Shown here: positions 29,303-39,448 of the stretch, piece after piece
Numbering within the stretch: position 1 is the stretch's first letter
Layout: the number at the start of each line of letters is the position of its first letter
NCBI GenBank assembly: GCA_963796105.1
Contig: CAWCKJ010000004.1
Coordinates: 896,001 to 960,000, forward strand
DNA length: 64,000 bases
Source of the DNA: a candidate division FCPU426 bacterium
Lineage (GTDB): Bacteria; Oederibacteriota; Muellerivitia; Muellerivitales; Muellerivitaceae
Direction of reading: 5' to 3'
Position numbers and translations under genes: made by a program
Notes under the pieces: model-generated
Seen by the model: the letters and a program-made list of their open reading frames with translations, nothing else
The model's database searches: none
Told to the model about the DNA's origin: nothing

Positions 29303-31517
29303 CGCGTCCCCCGGAAGGTGCCAGCAGTTTTTCGTATGTGGAGGCCTGGGTCAAGTCCAGTAGGGATCCTCTTGCCTTTTTAAAACATTCCCGAGCCTCT
29401 TGGTTTTTTTGCTGTATCGAATAAATCGATCCCAGTTTGAAATAAAGATGGGCGGAGGGATAACCTCTTTGGAGGGCCGTCTTTAGATATCGAAGAGCCT
29501 GTTCGGCCGCTTCCTGCTTTGTGCCAGCACGATTATCCCCGGCCATCATCCGGCGCGTGGAGAGATCGGCCATTTTCTCGTAGTAACAGGTTTCCAGGAG
29601 GGGATCTCCTTGGAATAAGGGGTATATTTTTTGAAGGGAATTTTCCATCGGCTCCATAGATTGGCCCGGAACGAATATGAGGCTCCGCTCAATGAAAGAC
29701 TTGAGGGAAGCCGAAGCTTTGAGCCAGCGTCGAAGGGTTTCCATTGGCATCTCTTTCCATGGAATTACCCAGAGCATCCATCCCCCGTCCGGGCTCCCGA
29801 CGTCCTTGGAAATCCACCAGGCTTGACCCGATGGAAATCTTTTTTTCATAAAGGGAAGAAGATTGGCGTTTGTGAGAAGCCCTGCCCAGGGCGCCAGTTG
29901 CGGGGATATCTCCGGGTGATCCGATAGGTTGAAACGCGAGACCGCCACCGAAAGGGTTTGATCCGAAAGGCCCGGCAAGAAATCGGCAAACAAGTAGCCT
30001 GGACCCTGGGTTTGGTTCAGTTTTTCCAGTTGGAGGAAAGCCTGGGCCCTGGGATAGGATTTATCATAACTTTTCCAATGATCCAGCGATTTCCAGATAG
30101 CGGGATAAGCCACGTAAAGGTGATAAAAATCCAAACCGGTCGAAAAAAACAGGATCGATGACAGGATTAGAATATTGCGCGCCGGACGCATGGAAATTAA
30201 ACGCTCCAATCCCTTGACCATCAAGATAGCCAGGACCGGGAAAACCAATATCAACCTGGAAGTCGCTCTTTCGGAGGTCAAAAGGCCCGGGAGGATGAAA
30301 AAAGGAAAAACGGTCAAAAGCCATTGATTTAAGCGGCTTCTGAAACCACGGGCGGCCTCGATCCCTCCCATGAAACAAAGGGCGCCAGCCAGTGGATTCA
30401 GGTAACCTCCCCAAACCGGCTGGTAGGTGTGATATTTCAAATCCATTCCCCAAAAGAGGGAGGCGATATAAGAAAAGGAAATGCTGATTTGATCTGACAA
30501 GCGGAGGGTCTGGCTTCCAGCGGAGAGGTGGTGAAGGTAAACCATCAGCTGTTTCAGGCCCTCCAGGGAAATGCCCCCCACCAAGGGAAACATGAAAACC
30601 GCGCAGGAAAGGAGGAAGGCCGGGAGAACTTTCCATTTCGTGAAGCGATTCAATTTACCCCCTACCCCGGCCCCCAAGACGACTGTCCCGCCAACAACCG
30701 CCGCGAGGAAAGGCCAATGCAAATAGGAGTAAAAGCCCACGCCCACCATGGCCCCCAGGGCCGCCGCCTGGCTAATTTTTCTGGCGGGTTCCTTCTCCGA
30801 CAGGTATCGGGTCAATAAGCCCAATGTCAGGCATTCCAAAAGAAGAACCAGTCCCGTCATCAAGGAAAAACGTCCGACATAAAGAGGCCAATAGCCGAAA
30901 CCGAAGAGTAGCGCTATGACCATTGAGAAAGAACGGTTGAAAAAACCGCGGGCCGCCCAATAAGAGGCCGGAAACAAGAGGGATGAAATCAAGGCCGGAA
31001 GAAACCAAAGGCTAAAAAGTGAAACCCCAAAACATTTGAAGGTAAACGCGAGAAGCCAAAGGTAAAGAGGGGGAGCCTGGCTGGGGCCATAAAGCATTTG
31101 CCAATCCCAATGACGGGAAAGTTGGGCGGCATAGAAGCCATACATTCCCTCATCGTAGAGGGGCCATGCCGAAAGGTTGGTGAGCTTGTAAAATCGGGCG
31201 AAAATAACCAAGGCCCCCAAGGGAAGCCAAATCCAAGGGGGAACCGCCGGTAAGAATTCCTTTTGATTTTGATAAAGGGAAGTTTCTACTGGCGAGGGAT
31301 CGGGAGAGGCGCGCCAGGCAATCAGGGAGGGAAAAATCAACCCAAACAAGATAATGCCCGAATTCACCCAAATCGGAAGGGAGAAATAGGAAATAATCGT
31401 GTTTGACAGAAAGAAAATAAATAAACAAGTCGCGGGGTTGGAGGAGAAAATATACCGAAACATAATTTTCATTTTGGCAATTTTACCTCGTTTTTCCCAG
31501 GTGAAATTTTCTTTCAA
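29289..31517 (-). CDS. GT-C (GT39/ArnT-like) glycosyltransferase, paralogue 3
   Basis: RFYKL...LYDE, PPLY, WGGYLNP, GDPLLE, GYPSAHLYFKLG; start uncertain (31472 possible). Confidence 0.7.
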   Translation of the reverse strand: MKENFTWEKRGKIAKMKIMFRYIFSSNPATCLFIFFLSNTIISYFSLPIWVNSGIILFGLIFPSLIAWRASPDPSPVETSLYQNQKEFLPAVPPWIWLPLGALVIFARFYKLTNLSAWPLYDEGMYGFYAAQLSRHWDWQMLYGPSQAPPLYLWLLAFTFKCFGVSLFSLWFLPALISSLLFPASYWAARGFFNRSFSMVIALLFGFGYWPLYVGRFSLMTGLVLLLECLTLGLLTRYLSEKEPARKISQAAALGAMVGVGFYSYLHWPFLAAVVGGTVVLGAGVGGKLNRFTKWKVLPAFLLSCAVFMFPLVGGISLEGLKQLMVYLHHLSAGSQTLRLSDQISISFSYIASLFWGMDLKYHTYQPVWGGYLNPLAGALCFMGGIEAARGFRSRLNQWLLTVFPFFILPGLLTSERATSRLILVFPVLAILMVKGLERLISMRPARNILILSSILFFSTGLDFYHLYVAYPAIWKSLDHWKSYDKSYPRAQAFLQLEKLNQTQGPGYLFADFLPGLSDQTLSVAVSRFNLSDHPEISPQLAPWAGLLTNANLLPFMKKRFPSGQAWWISKDVGSPDGGWMLWVIPWKEMPMETLRRWLKASASLKSFIERSLIFVPGQSMEPMENSLQKIYPLFQGDPLLETCYYEKMADLSTRRMMAGDNRAGTKQEAAEQALRYLKTALQRGYPSAHLYFKLGSIYSIQQKNQEARECFKKARGSLLDLTQASTYEKLLAPSGGRDGKP

Positions 31518-31725
31518 CTATAATAAATCAACGTTAAACAGCATAAACGAAGGTTTTTGTTTATTTTGGGGATCGCGGGAGAAGAAATCGTGATGAATTT
31601 GAAAGAAAAAATAAAATCGATAAACACACAGGAGCCGATTTATTACGCTGGCTGGGCGGTCTCCTGGTAACATCCATTTACAAATAAAATCACGGGAGAT
31701 TGTCCTGCCGAAGCATAGAATCCTT

Positions 31726-33887
31726 TTGTTTTCCATGTTCTTTCTGTCCGGTTTTTGCGGACTCTCTTACCAAACCATTTGGATCAGGCTTGCCTACGCC
31801 CACTTCGGCATCACCACCCACGTGTTGTCGGTCATTCTATCGGTTTTCATGCTGGGGTTGGCGCTGGGAAGTTGGGCTGGCGGAATAGGGGCTGTTCCCT
31901 TGAGCCGCTGGACGGGAAGAACCATCTTCTTTTTTTACGCTGCCGTGGAGGTTTTTACGGGCTTGGGAGGCTGTGTGGTTCCCTGGCTTTTCTCCCAGGG
32001 ACGCCAATCGCTTTTATCGCTGGGCGCGGCCGACTCGGCAAGTTATCTTTTCTTTTCGGGCCTTGTCATTCTTGTTTCGCTTCTTCCCTGGTGCATCGCC
32101 ATGGGCGCCACTTTTCCGCTGGGAATGCAATTCATCCGGGAAAAAAATTCAACCGAAAAGGAAAGTTTCAGTTTTCTCTACTTGGCGAATGTCCTGGGAG
32201 CCTGCTCAGGGGTCTTAGCAACCGCCTTTATCCTGGTGGAATGGCTTGGTTTTAACGGCACCCTCAAGACCGCTTCAAGCATTAACTTTGCTGTCGGGAC
32301 AGGATCCTTGATTTGGGCGTTTCTTCTTCCCGCTCCTTTACGGGTCGACACCCCCATCGGCAACAGCCAGGCTCTCAAACAAAACGCCGCCCATTTTTGG
32401 TATCCGGCCTTGCTTTTCTCAACGGGATTTATTTCCATGGCCATGGAGGTGGCATGGGTGAGGGATTACACACCCATTCTAGGTAACGAGGTATATGCTT
32501 TCTCGGGTCTGCTGGCGGTTTACCTTTTCGCCACTTGGATGGGTTCCTGGTTTTACAGGAGCCGGATGAACTTCCCAAAAGCCGTTCCTGTTGAAACCCT
32601 ATTGGTGTTTTTATCCTCCCTTGCTTTTCTTCCGGTGGCACTTAATGATCCGCGCTGGCATCATTCCCCGCTGGTGGCGCTCCTAAGTTTGGCTCCTTTT
32701 TGCGGCGCGCTGGGTTACTTGACCCCTTGCCTTATCGACCGCTTTTCCCAAGGAGATGCCCAGGCCGCGGGCAAGGGATACGCTTTTAATATCCTTGGTT
32801 GTATTTTAGGCCCCCTTTTAGCGTCTTACTTGCTTCTTCCTTTCCTCGGGGCAAGGTGGACCCTTATCATATTGGCTCTTCCATTCTTTTTTTTCATGTG
32901 GTCTTAAAAGGAAGGCGCGGCGGGACTCCTTTTCGTCCTTACTTTCTTTTACCCACCCTTGGACTTTTTGTTTTTTCGGCTTTTTTTTGCGGCAGCTACG
33001 AAGAGGGGACCGACTTGTCAGGCATGAAACAAGTGGTACTAAGGAGGGATGCCACCGCTACGGTTATTTCCTACCAGGGACCCTCGCAAAAGGCCCTGTT
33101 GGTCAACGGCATCGGAATGACCGCCATGACGCCCATCCCGAAAATCATGGCCCATCTACCCTTGCTTTTCTGCCGTCATTCCCCCCGATCAGCCCTGGTC
33201 ATATGTTTTGGCATGGGGACAACCTTCCGGTCCGTTGCCAGCTGGGGTGTGGATACCACCGCGGTTGAATTGGTGCCTAGTGTGAGGGACGCCTTTAGCT
33301 ATTATTTCAAAGACGCGCGGGCCATTTTGAACAATCCCAAGAATCGCGTGATCATTGATGATGGACGAAGATATCTTTCCAGGACGCAAGCGAAATTCGA
33401 CGTGATCACCCTGGATCCCCCCCCGCCTCCGGAAGCAGCCGGTTCAAGCCTTCTTTATACAGAGGAGTTTTACACCGCCGCGAAAAGCCATCTTCAAGAA
33501 GGCGGGGTGGTACAGCAATGGATTAATTGGGGTAACGCCAAAAGCATTCAGGCCTTCCTTCGTTCTTTCGTGCGTTCATTCCCCTATGTCCGGGCCTTTG
33601 TTTCCCTGCATGGCGGGGGGCTCCATATGATCGGCTCCATGCAGCCGCTTATCCTACCGGCGGTATCCAGAATCCTTGCTCCTATGCCTCCCTCGGCCAG
33701 GAAGGATTTTGTGGAATGGAACCTAACCAACAAAGAACCGTCCTGGTTCTTGAACCTCATCTTGTCATCGGAAGTAAATGTAAATTCCTTGCTTGATCCG
33801 GATGAGCGGATTACTGTCACGGACGACAGGCCTTTTAACGAATATTACTTACTCCGCAAGTTATTCCCGACCGTTATTCATGATTAG
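31726..33887 (+). pseudogene. Membrane-domain / spermidine-synthase-like fusion, split by a frameshift at a T8 tract
   Basis: ORF1 has LSGFCGLSYQ..W and NVLG/NILG membrane repeats; ORF2 has LVICFGMGTT, AVEL, DDGRRYL, DVITLD, TDDRP; adding one T at 32887-32894 joins them. Confidence 0.75.
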
Positions 33888-33980
33888 AGACAAAAGGGAA
33901 GATAAGCCGTCGCAGAGGTGCTTTCCGCTTCGCGGATGGAAGGGTTTGAACTTAAAATTTGGACATTAGAAACTCATGGG

Positions 33981-36104
33981 TTATGAACCAGGGGTCTTTC
34001 TTAAATTTTCCAATGCGTTGGTGTGGTTCAGGGGGGAGTGAAGCGCGGATTCAAAAGCCTGACGGGCTTTAGCGTAATCCCCCTGGGTAAACCACAAGAC
34101 CCCCAAGTCGTTAAAAATATGGGCCGCCGGATAACCTTCTTCAAGCGCATCTCCAAGGGCTGATAAGGCTTCTGAATTTTTATTTGACGACATGGCAACA
34201 AAAAATATTTTTTCATCTAAGCAAGATTCCAAAAACCGATCCCCTTTGACCAGAAGTTTCATTTTGGAAAGACCTTTCAAGAGAGGTCCTTGGTTTTGGC
34301 CAAATCCTAGATGCAAAAGGGAAGAAGTCAAGGGACGAAATGCCCTTTCCATTACCAGCCAATGATTGGCCAAGGCCAGACTCTCCGGATCATCCAAGAC
34401 GATAATACCCAATACCAGCGTCACCTGTGGAAGGGGCCGATCTGGGGAAAGTTCGAACCACTCAATCCTAGGAAAACGCTTGGAAAGAAAAGGGGCATAA
34501 TTGATGTTAGTCAAGAATGCCATCCAGCGCGCACTTGCAGAGGAAAGATGGGGATTCCGAGCCGCATTATATGGATAGACGGTTACTGTCAAAGTTTGGT
34601 TGAAGGAGCTGGATTCCATTTCAGTCAGGATTAAACCTGGTCCCTGGTCCATACTCCTTTTTTTCAATATTTGATAAGCTTTCCAGTTTTCGAAAGATTT
34701 AGTATAACCGCTCAAAGTTGCATAATCCGAATGACAAGCCGCTTGATAAGGGCCCAGAAGATGGTAAAAATCCATACTGGCCGAGAACGTTACCAACACC
34801 GTTAAAACCAAACCCCGGCTTCTTATAGGTAAATCCCCTAAAAGGATTCCAAGTCCTTCCGATGCAAGGAATAAAAGCATGGGTATGAGCAAAACCAGTC
34901 GGAACATTTCCAATTCTTGAGTCAGCCAGCCGGGAAGAATAAAAAGAAATAATGCCGTTCCGATCCAGAGTGCCTGTGGAGACCGTCTTTGTTGGTAAAG
35001 ACCGACCAAACCCAGGCCCAAGACTGCATCCAAGAGGGGATTTAAAAACCCTCCCCAAAAGGGTTTGTAAGTGAATCGAGGAGTTTGGACACCCCAAAAT
35101 AGACTGCTAAAATAGTCCCAACAGGCTTGCCATTGCGCATTCCAACTGACCCCCTTTTTTAGGATCCAAAGCATACTCAGGTAGTTTCCTGTTTTTTGTA
35201 TAAATGCCGTTAATCCCAAGGGCGCTGCCAGTAGCAAAAGAGGAAATAAAAAGAAAATTAAAGTTCGCCATGGCCGTTCTTTTCTGGAAAAAACGATCCA
35301 CCCTACCGCCACGGAAATCATCAAGGCTACCATGATCCAATGGAGATGGATATAGAAGCCGAAGCCTGCCGTTAAACCCAGTAGCGTTGCACGCAGGTTT
35401 AATTGGCTTTTTGAATTTGAATTGCGAAAAAATCCCAGAGCAATTAGGGCTATTATTTCCCAACACACCAGAAGAACGTGCGGAACACAAAATCGCCCCA
35501 AGTAAAAGGGCCAGAAGGACAAGCCGAAAAAAGTCGTCGCCATCCATGCCGAGGAACGCTGTGCGAAAAAAATTGAAGCAACATAGGCGACGGGAATCGT
35601 CAATAAAGAAAGAAGGGCGGGAAAAAGCCAAAGAGATTCAAGAGAAGGACCGGTGATTTTAAAGAAAAGACCCAAAAGCCAGTAAAAAGCGGAAGGAACC
35701 TGGGTTGCCCCGCCGAAAAGATCCCACCTCCATTTTTCAGATTGTTCCATTGCGAAAAAAGCCGTCAGTCCTTCATCCATGAGAGGCCAACCCGAAAGGA
35801 GTGTGAGGTTATAAAAACGGATGAAAAGGGCGGCCATCAACACCAGAAAGACACTCCAAACAGGGATAGCTGGAAACAATTTATCATTTGGGTTAATGGT
35901 TTTTATCCAGGAGCCACCAGGAAATCGCATTGCCATGCCCATGGGTGCCAAAAGCCCGAACAAAATAAGGAAACTTTTCTCTGCAGGTCCTAAAGCCACG
36001 AAAGAAAAAAGGGAATTAATTGTTAAAAGAACCAAAAATAGGATCCAAGGGGAAAGAATCCACTTGCGAGAAATGTTCCTGGGAAAAAAAGGGTTCAATA
36101 TCAT
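33981..36104 (-). CDS. GT-C (GT39/ArnT-like) glycosyltransferase, paralogue 4
   Basis: RFYNL...LMDE, WGGFLNP, TNINY, GDRFLES, GYPAAHIFNDLG TPR-like tail; ATG 36104 lies just past the hpnE stop. Confidence 0.7.
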   Translation of the reverse strand: MILNPFFPRNISRKWILSPWILFLVLLTINSLFSFVALGPAEKSFLILFGLLAPMGMAMRFPGGSWIKTINPNDKLFPAIPVWSVFLVLMAALFIRFYNLTLLSGWPLMDEGLTAFFAMEQSEKWRWDLFGGATQVPSAFYWLLGLFFKITGPSLESLWLFPALLSLLTIPVAYVASIFFAQRSSAWMATTFFGLSFWPFYLGRFCVPHVLLVCWEIIALIALGFFRNSNSKSQLNLRATLLGLTAGFGFYIHLHWIMVALMISVAVGWIVFSRKERPWRTLIFFLFPLLLLAAPLGLTAFIQKTGNYLSMLWILKKGVSWNAQWQACWDYFSSLFWGVQTPRFTYKPFWGGFLNPLLDAVLGLGLVGLYQQRRSPQALWIGTALFLFILPGWLTQELEMFRLVLLIPMLLFLASEGLGILLGDLPIRSRGLVLTVLVTFSASMDFYHLLGPYQAACHSDYATLSGYTKSFENWKAYQILKKRSMDQGPGLILTEMESSSFNQTLTVTVYPYNAARNPHLSSASARWMAFLTNINYAPFLSKRFPRIEWFELSPDRPLPQVTLVLGIIVLDDPESLALANHWLVMERAFRPLTSSLLHLGFGQNQGPLLKGLSKMKLLVKGDRFLESCLDEKIFFVAMSSNKNSEALSALGDALEEGYPAAHIFNDLGVLWFTQGDYAKARQAFESALHSPLNHTNALENLRKTPGS

Positions 36105-36111
36105 TTGTGTT

Positions 36112-37446
36112 TTAACCCTTTGAGACAAAGTATTCTTGGGCTTTCTTTGCAGCCTTATGGCCCGATTGGCAGGCGCCCTCAATGGTGGCAGGGAGTCCGG
36201 TGTCCGTGAAATCGCCGGCCAGGAAGACATGGGGGAAAGGCGTCTCACAGGGGGGGCGTGTCTTGTCCGAATCCTTGGACCAGATGAAAGTAGCCGCCAT
36301 CTCGCGGGTGACTTTGGAATGAAGAATTCCGGCTTCCCGGGCCGCCGAACATCGTTCCCTTAATTCCCCCACCGCCAAGTCCACCAGATCCTTTTCACTC
36401 ATTCTCGCTAGTTTTTCAGCCGCGCTGGCCGTGAAGCTCAGGTACTGGCCTTCTCCCTTCCAGTCCCAATTGGCGTTTCTGTTGAAAACCCACTCGAACT
36501 GGGCCCCCGACAACCCCACGATATTCCCGCTGACGACCTCCCGGGAAAGGATCAAATGAACCGAAAGGATGGGGGATTTCCCCAGTTTCGGTAATTTTTC
36601 CAGGATGGGCCAAGTTCCTTTCGGCCAAAGGGCGTGAAGGGAATCCGGAGGAAGCGCCAGGACCAAGGCGTCCCCTGAATAGGCTTTTCCGGATCGGCCT
36701 TTCAACTCAAAACCGCTGTCTTTTATTTTCAGGAATTGGACGCCCTCGTGGAAGTGGACTTTTCCACCCTTTTTTTCGAGGTAAGACGGAGCCAGGGGAA
36801 AGGCCAAGCCGCTCAAGGGTTTGGCGGAGATCCCAAAGGCGCTGTCAAAACGGGAACCGAAGAAAACGCGGTGAAGCACCTCCCCCAGCCCCCCGATGGG
36901 CGCGATATCCGGCCCCACATTCATCACCGCGTTGCAGATCGGGCCCCAGAATCTTTCCCGGGCCATGGGACCCTGGCCCCTCGCGTCCAGGAATTGGGAG
37001 ACGGTCTCCAGGCCGGGCTTGATCTTGAAGGGCTTTTTGGAAAAAGAGAAAAGAGCTTTGGCCATTCCTATTTTCTCGACTAGGGGAAAGGCGTTGGAGG
37101 CCAGAAGGCCGTAGGCCAGGTGAAAAGGAGCGGGAAGCCTGGCGCACTGGAGCCGGACCCTTCCCCCGGGAGTGAGCCAGGAAAGGCCCAGGGGATCAAG
37201 CCAATGAAGGGAATCCTCCTCGCCCAAGCGCCTCAACAGCTTCAGAGTCTCCCGGTAGCAGCCCATGAAAAGATGCGGGCCGTTGTCACAGGGGTGGGGA
37301 AAGGCCTCGGTGGGTAGGGTGGAGTATACCCGACCGCCCAAGAAACCCCGGGATTCCAGAAGCTCCACGCAGTGGCCCTTTTCCGCGAGAGCGGTCGCGG
37401 CGGCCACACCGGCGAAACCACCCCCTACCACGAGAACTTTCGTCAT
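36112..37446 (-). CDS. hpnE: Hydroxysqualene dehydroxylase (FAD-dependent)
   Basis: GGGFAG, LGGR, DNGPHLFMGCY, AGDFTDTGLPATIEGA; downstream of hpnCD. Confidence 0.9.
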   Translation of the reverse strand: MTKVLVVGGGFAGVAAATALAEKGHCVELLESRGFLGGRVYSTLPTEAFPHPCDNGPHLFMGCYRETLKLLRRLGEEDSLHWLDPLGLSWLTPGGRVRLQCARLPAPFHLAYGLLASNAFPLVEKIGMAKALFSFSKKPFKIKPGLETVSQFLDARGQGPMARERFWGPICNAVMNVGPDIAPIGGLGEVLHRVFFGSRFDSAFGISAKPLSGLAFPLAPSYLEKKGGKVHFHEGVQFLKIKDSGFELKGRSGKAYSGDALVLALPPDSLHALWPKGTWPILEKLPKLGKSPILSVHLILSREVVSGNIVGLSGAQFEWVFNRNANWDWKGEGQYLSFTASAAEKLARMSEKDLVDLAVGELRERCSAAREAGILHSKVTREMAATFIWSKDSDKTRPPCETPFPHVFLAGDFTDTGLPATIEGACQSGHKAAKKAQEYFVSKG

Positions 37447-37484
37447 GGAGTACCTCCTTGGATAGCCTCAAGGGATGGGCCGGT

Positions 37485-38318
37485 TTAAAGCCATTTAAAT
37501 AAAAAACAACGGCCGATCGTTCCCAGAACCGAAAGCATTTTATCAAAGAAGCTCAAGGAAACCCTTCCTTGAAGGATTTTCTGGGGATGATTCCTTAATT
37601 TCTGGAAAAGTTTCACGTAAACCGCGGCTATGGCTTCGGCTGTTTTCAGATCGCCTCTCTGCCGAAGGGTGAGGGCTTCACGGGCTTTTTCCAAGAAGGA
37701 CCAGGCCCGGTCCAGTTGGAATTGCACGAAGGCCGCCCAATGGGAGTTGTTCTCGCCGATCATGGATGGATGGATGTGGAAACGTTTGAAGTCCTCAAGG
37801 GGAAAATAACGGCGTTTCATGCCAGTGTCTTCCAGGTAATCCCTCGTCATGTTGACCAATTGAAGGAACACTCCCAGGTTCTCGGCGTAAACGCGGTGGG
37901 CGAAGTCCTTGTATCCGAATATCTCCATACTGGCAAGGCCGGGGCCTCCCGCCACTTTCAATGCGTATTGATGAAGTTCCTGAAAAGTCTTGAATTGGAC
38001 AGGCCTCAGGTCCGTCTCGACGCCCGAGACAACACGCAAAAGGGGTTCAGGGGAAAGCCCATGGCGGGCGACGGTTTCCTGAAACTTTTGGAACGAGGGT
38101 TTTGGAACTTTTCCGGCGAGACAATTTTTGAGGTCCTTTTTGAAAACAGCCAGTTTTTTCCTTTTGACAGGGAGCGGGTCGGTTCCATCCGAGATATCAT
38201 CCGCTTCCCAGCAAAAGCGGTAGAGGACCTCCATGGCCGATCTTTTATCCCCGGGAAGCAGGAGTAAAGGCAGGTAAAAACTTGTTTTTTTTCGGAGCGA
38301 ACCAACTTGGGGATTCAC
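37485..38318 (-). CDS. hpnD: Presqualene diphosphate synthase (squalene/phytoene synthase family)
   Basis: TSFY, LYRFC..ADDISD, Y..KVAG, QLVNMTRDYLED; position between hpnC and hpnE. Confidence 0.8.
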   Translation of the reverse strand: MNPQVGSLRKKTSFYLPLLLLPGDKRSAMEVLYRFCWEADDISDGTDPLPVKRKKLAVFKKDLKNCLAGKVPKPSFQKFQETVARHGLSPEPLLRVVSGVETDLRPVQFKTFQELHQYALKVAGGPGLASMEIFGYKDFAHRVYAENLGVFLQLVNMTRDYLEDTGMKRRYFPLEDFKRFHIHPSMIGENNSHWAAFVQFQLDRAWSFLEKAREALTLRQRGDLKTAEAIAAVYVKLFQKLRNHPQKILQGRVSLSFFDKMLSVLGTIGRCFLFKWL

Positions 38319-38343
38319 GAAATTCTCCCGAGGTTTATTAAAT

Positions 38344-39213
38344 TCAAGACCGAACTAATCCCATCAAAGTTCTCAAGACCAGGAGCGTCTTGTCCAGGGG
38401 ATTCAGGACGGGCCGATTCTCGAAAACATTGTAGCCCATGTCCCGGATTTTACTGAGTATCCCCTTTCCTCCCAGGTATGTGGCTTGAAGCTCCAGCCTC
38501 AAGCGCCCACGGACGGCGGAAAGGAGAGGATAACCTTGCCGGTAATAATTGTCCGTAAAGTCCACGGCGTTTTTCACCAATTGCCTTGTGCTATCCAAGA
38601 CTTTTCCGTCCAATAAATTTTTTTCTTTCACTCCGAACTTCTTCCATTCGCTTTTAGGGTAATAGATCCGGCCGCGGCACAGATCCAGGGCGGTATCCTG
38701 CCAAAAATTGATGAGTTGAAGTCCACCGCAAATGAAATCAGAGTATTGGTGAAGCTTTTCTTCGCGGATGCCCGATATATAAAGAACCATTCGGCCCACG
38801 GGATTGGCGCTATGACGGCAGTAATAAAGCAAGGAATTCCAGGTGGAGTAGCGATGTTTCTCCAAATCCATTCGATAGGCTTTTAGAAGATCCAGTGGAA
38901 GCGATAACGGAATATCTAATGTTTTAATCGTATTGGCGAAGGCCCGCAGGATGGGGCGGGCCGGCATGCCCTTCATGGCGTTTCGAAGCTCTTTTTCCCA
39001 AAGGTTCAATTCGGATAGGCGTCTTCCCTTGAAAGATTCCTCATCAGCGAAATCATCCGCGGTTCGTGCATAAGCGTATAAGGCCGCCACATGGGGGCGG
39101 CTTTTTTCGGGCAACAGCCAGGAAGCCACCGGAAAATTCTCATAGTGTTTTTGGACTAACTGTTGGCATTCCTGGTAAGCCGGTTCCAAGCCGGGAGGAA
39201 GAAAGTTTTTCAT
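38344..39213 (-). CDS. hpnC: Hydroxysqualene synthase
   Basis: HYENFPVAS, YAYARTADDFADE, YCRHSANPVGR, LQLINFWQD. Confidence 0.92.
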   Translation of the reverse strand: MKNFLPPGLEPAYQECQQLVQKHYENFPVASWLLPEKSRPHVAALYAYARTADDFADEESFKGRRLSELNLWEKELRNAMKGMPARPILRAFANTIKTLDIPLSLPLDLLKAYRMDLEKHRYSTWNSLLYYCRHSANPVGRMVLYISGIREEKLHQYSDFICGGLQLINFWQDTALDLCRGRIYYPKSEWKKFGVKEKNLLDGKVLDSTRQLVKNAVDFTDNYYRQGYPLLSAVRGRLRLELQATYLGGKGILSKIRDMGYNVFENRPVLNPLDKTLLVLRTLMGLVRS

Positions 39214-39448
39214 TCAAGACCATTATTCAGAAAATAAGGCCGGGGGAGAACTTAAAAAGGCGAAAACATTCCTAATTAATTAAGACTGTTTAGTTAAAAT
39301 ATTTTCAAGACCCTAAAGATAGTCCCAATTATTCCTGATTTTTCCGGATATTTAGCTCTGAATGCCTTTCAAAAGCGCAAAAATATAGGAGAAATGGTAA
39401 ACTTCCTTCCTGTTTTAACTACTCCTTAACAATGGAAATTAATCAAGC

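Noticed and set aside
29350..29362. Short match to the tRNA-Val T-arm as an att site
   Set aside because: About 12 nt, inside a CDS, lacks the tRNA 3' end, and no integrase is present
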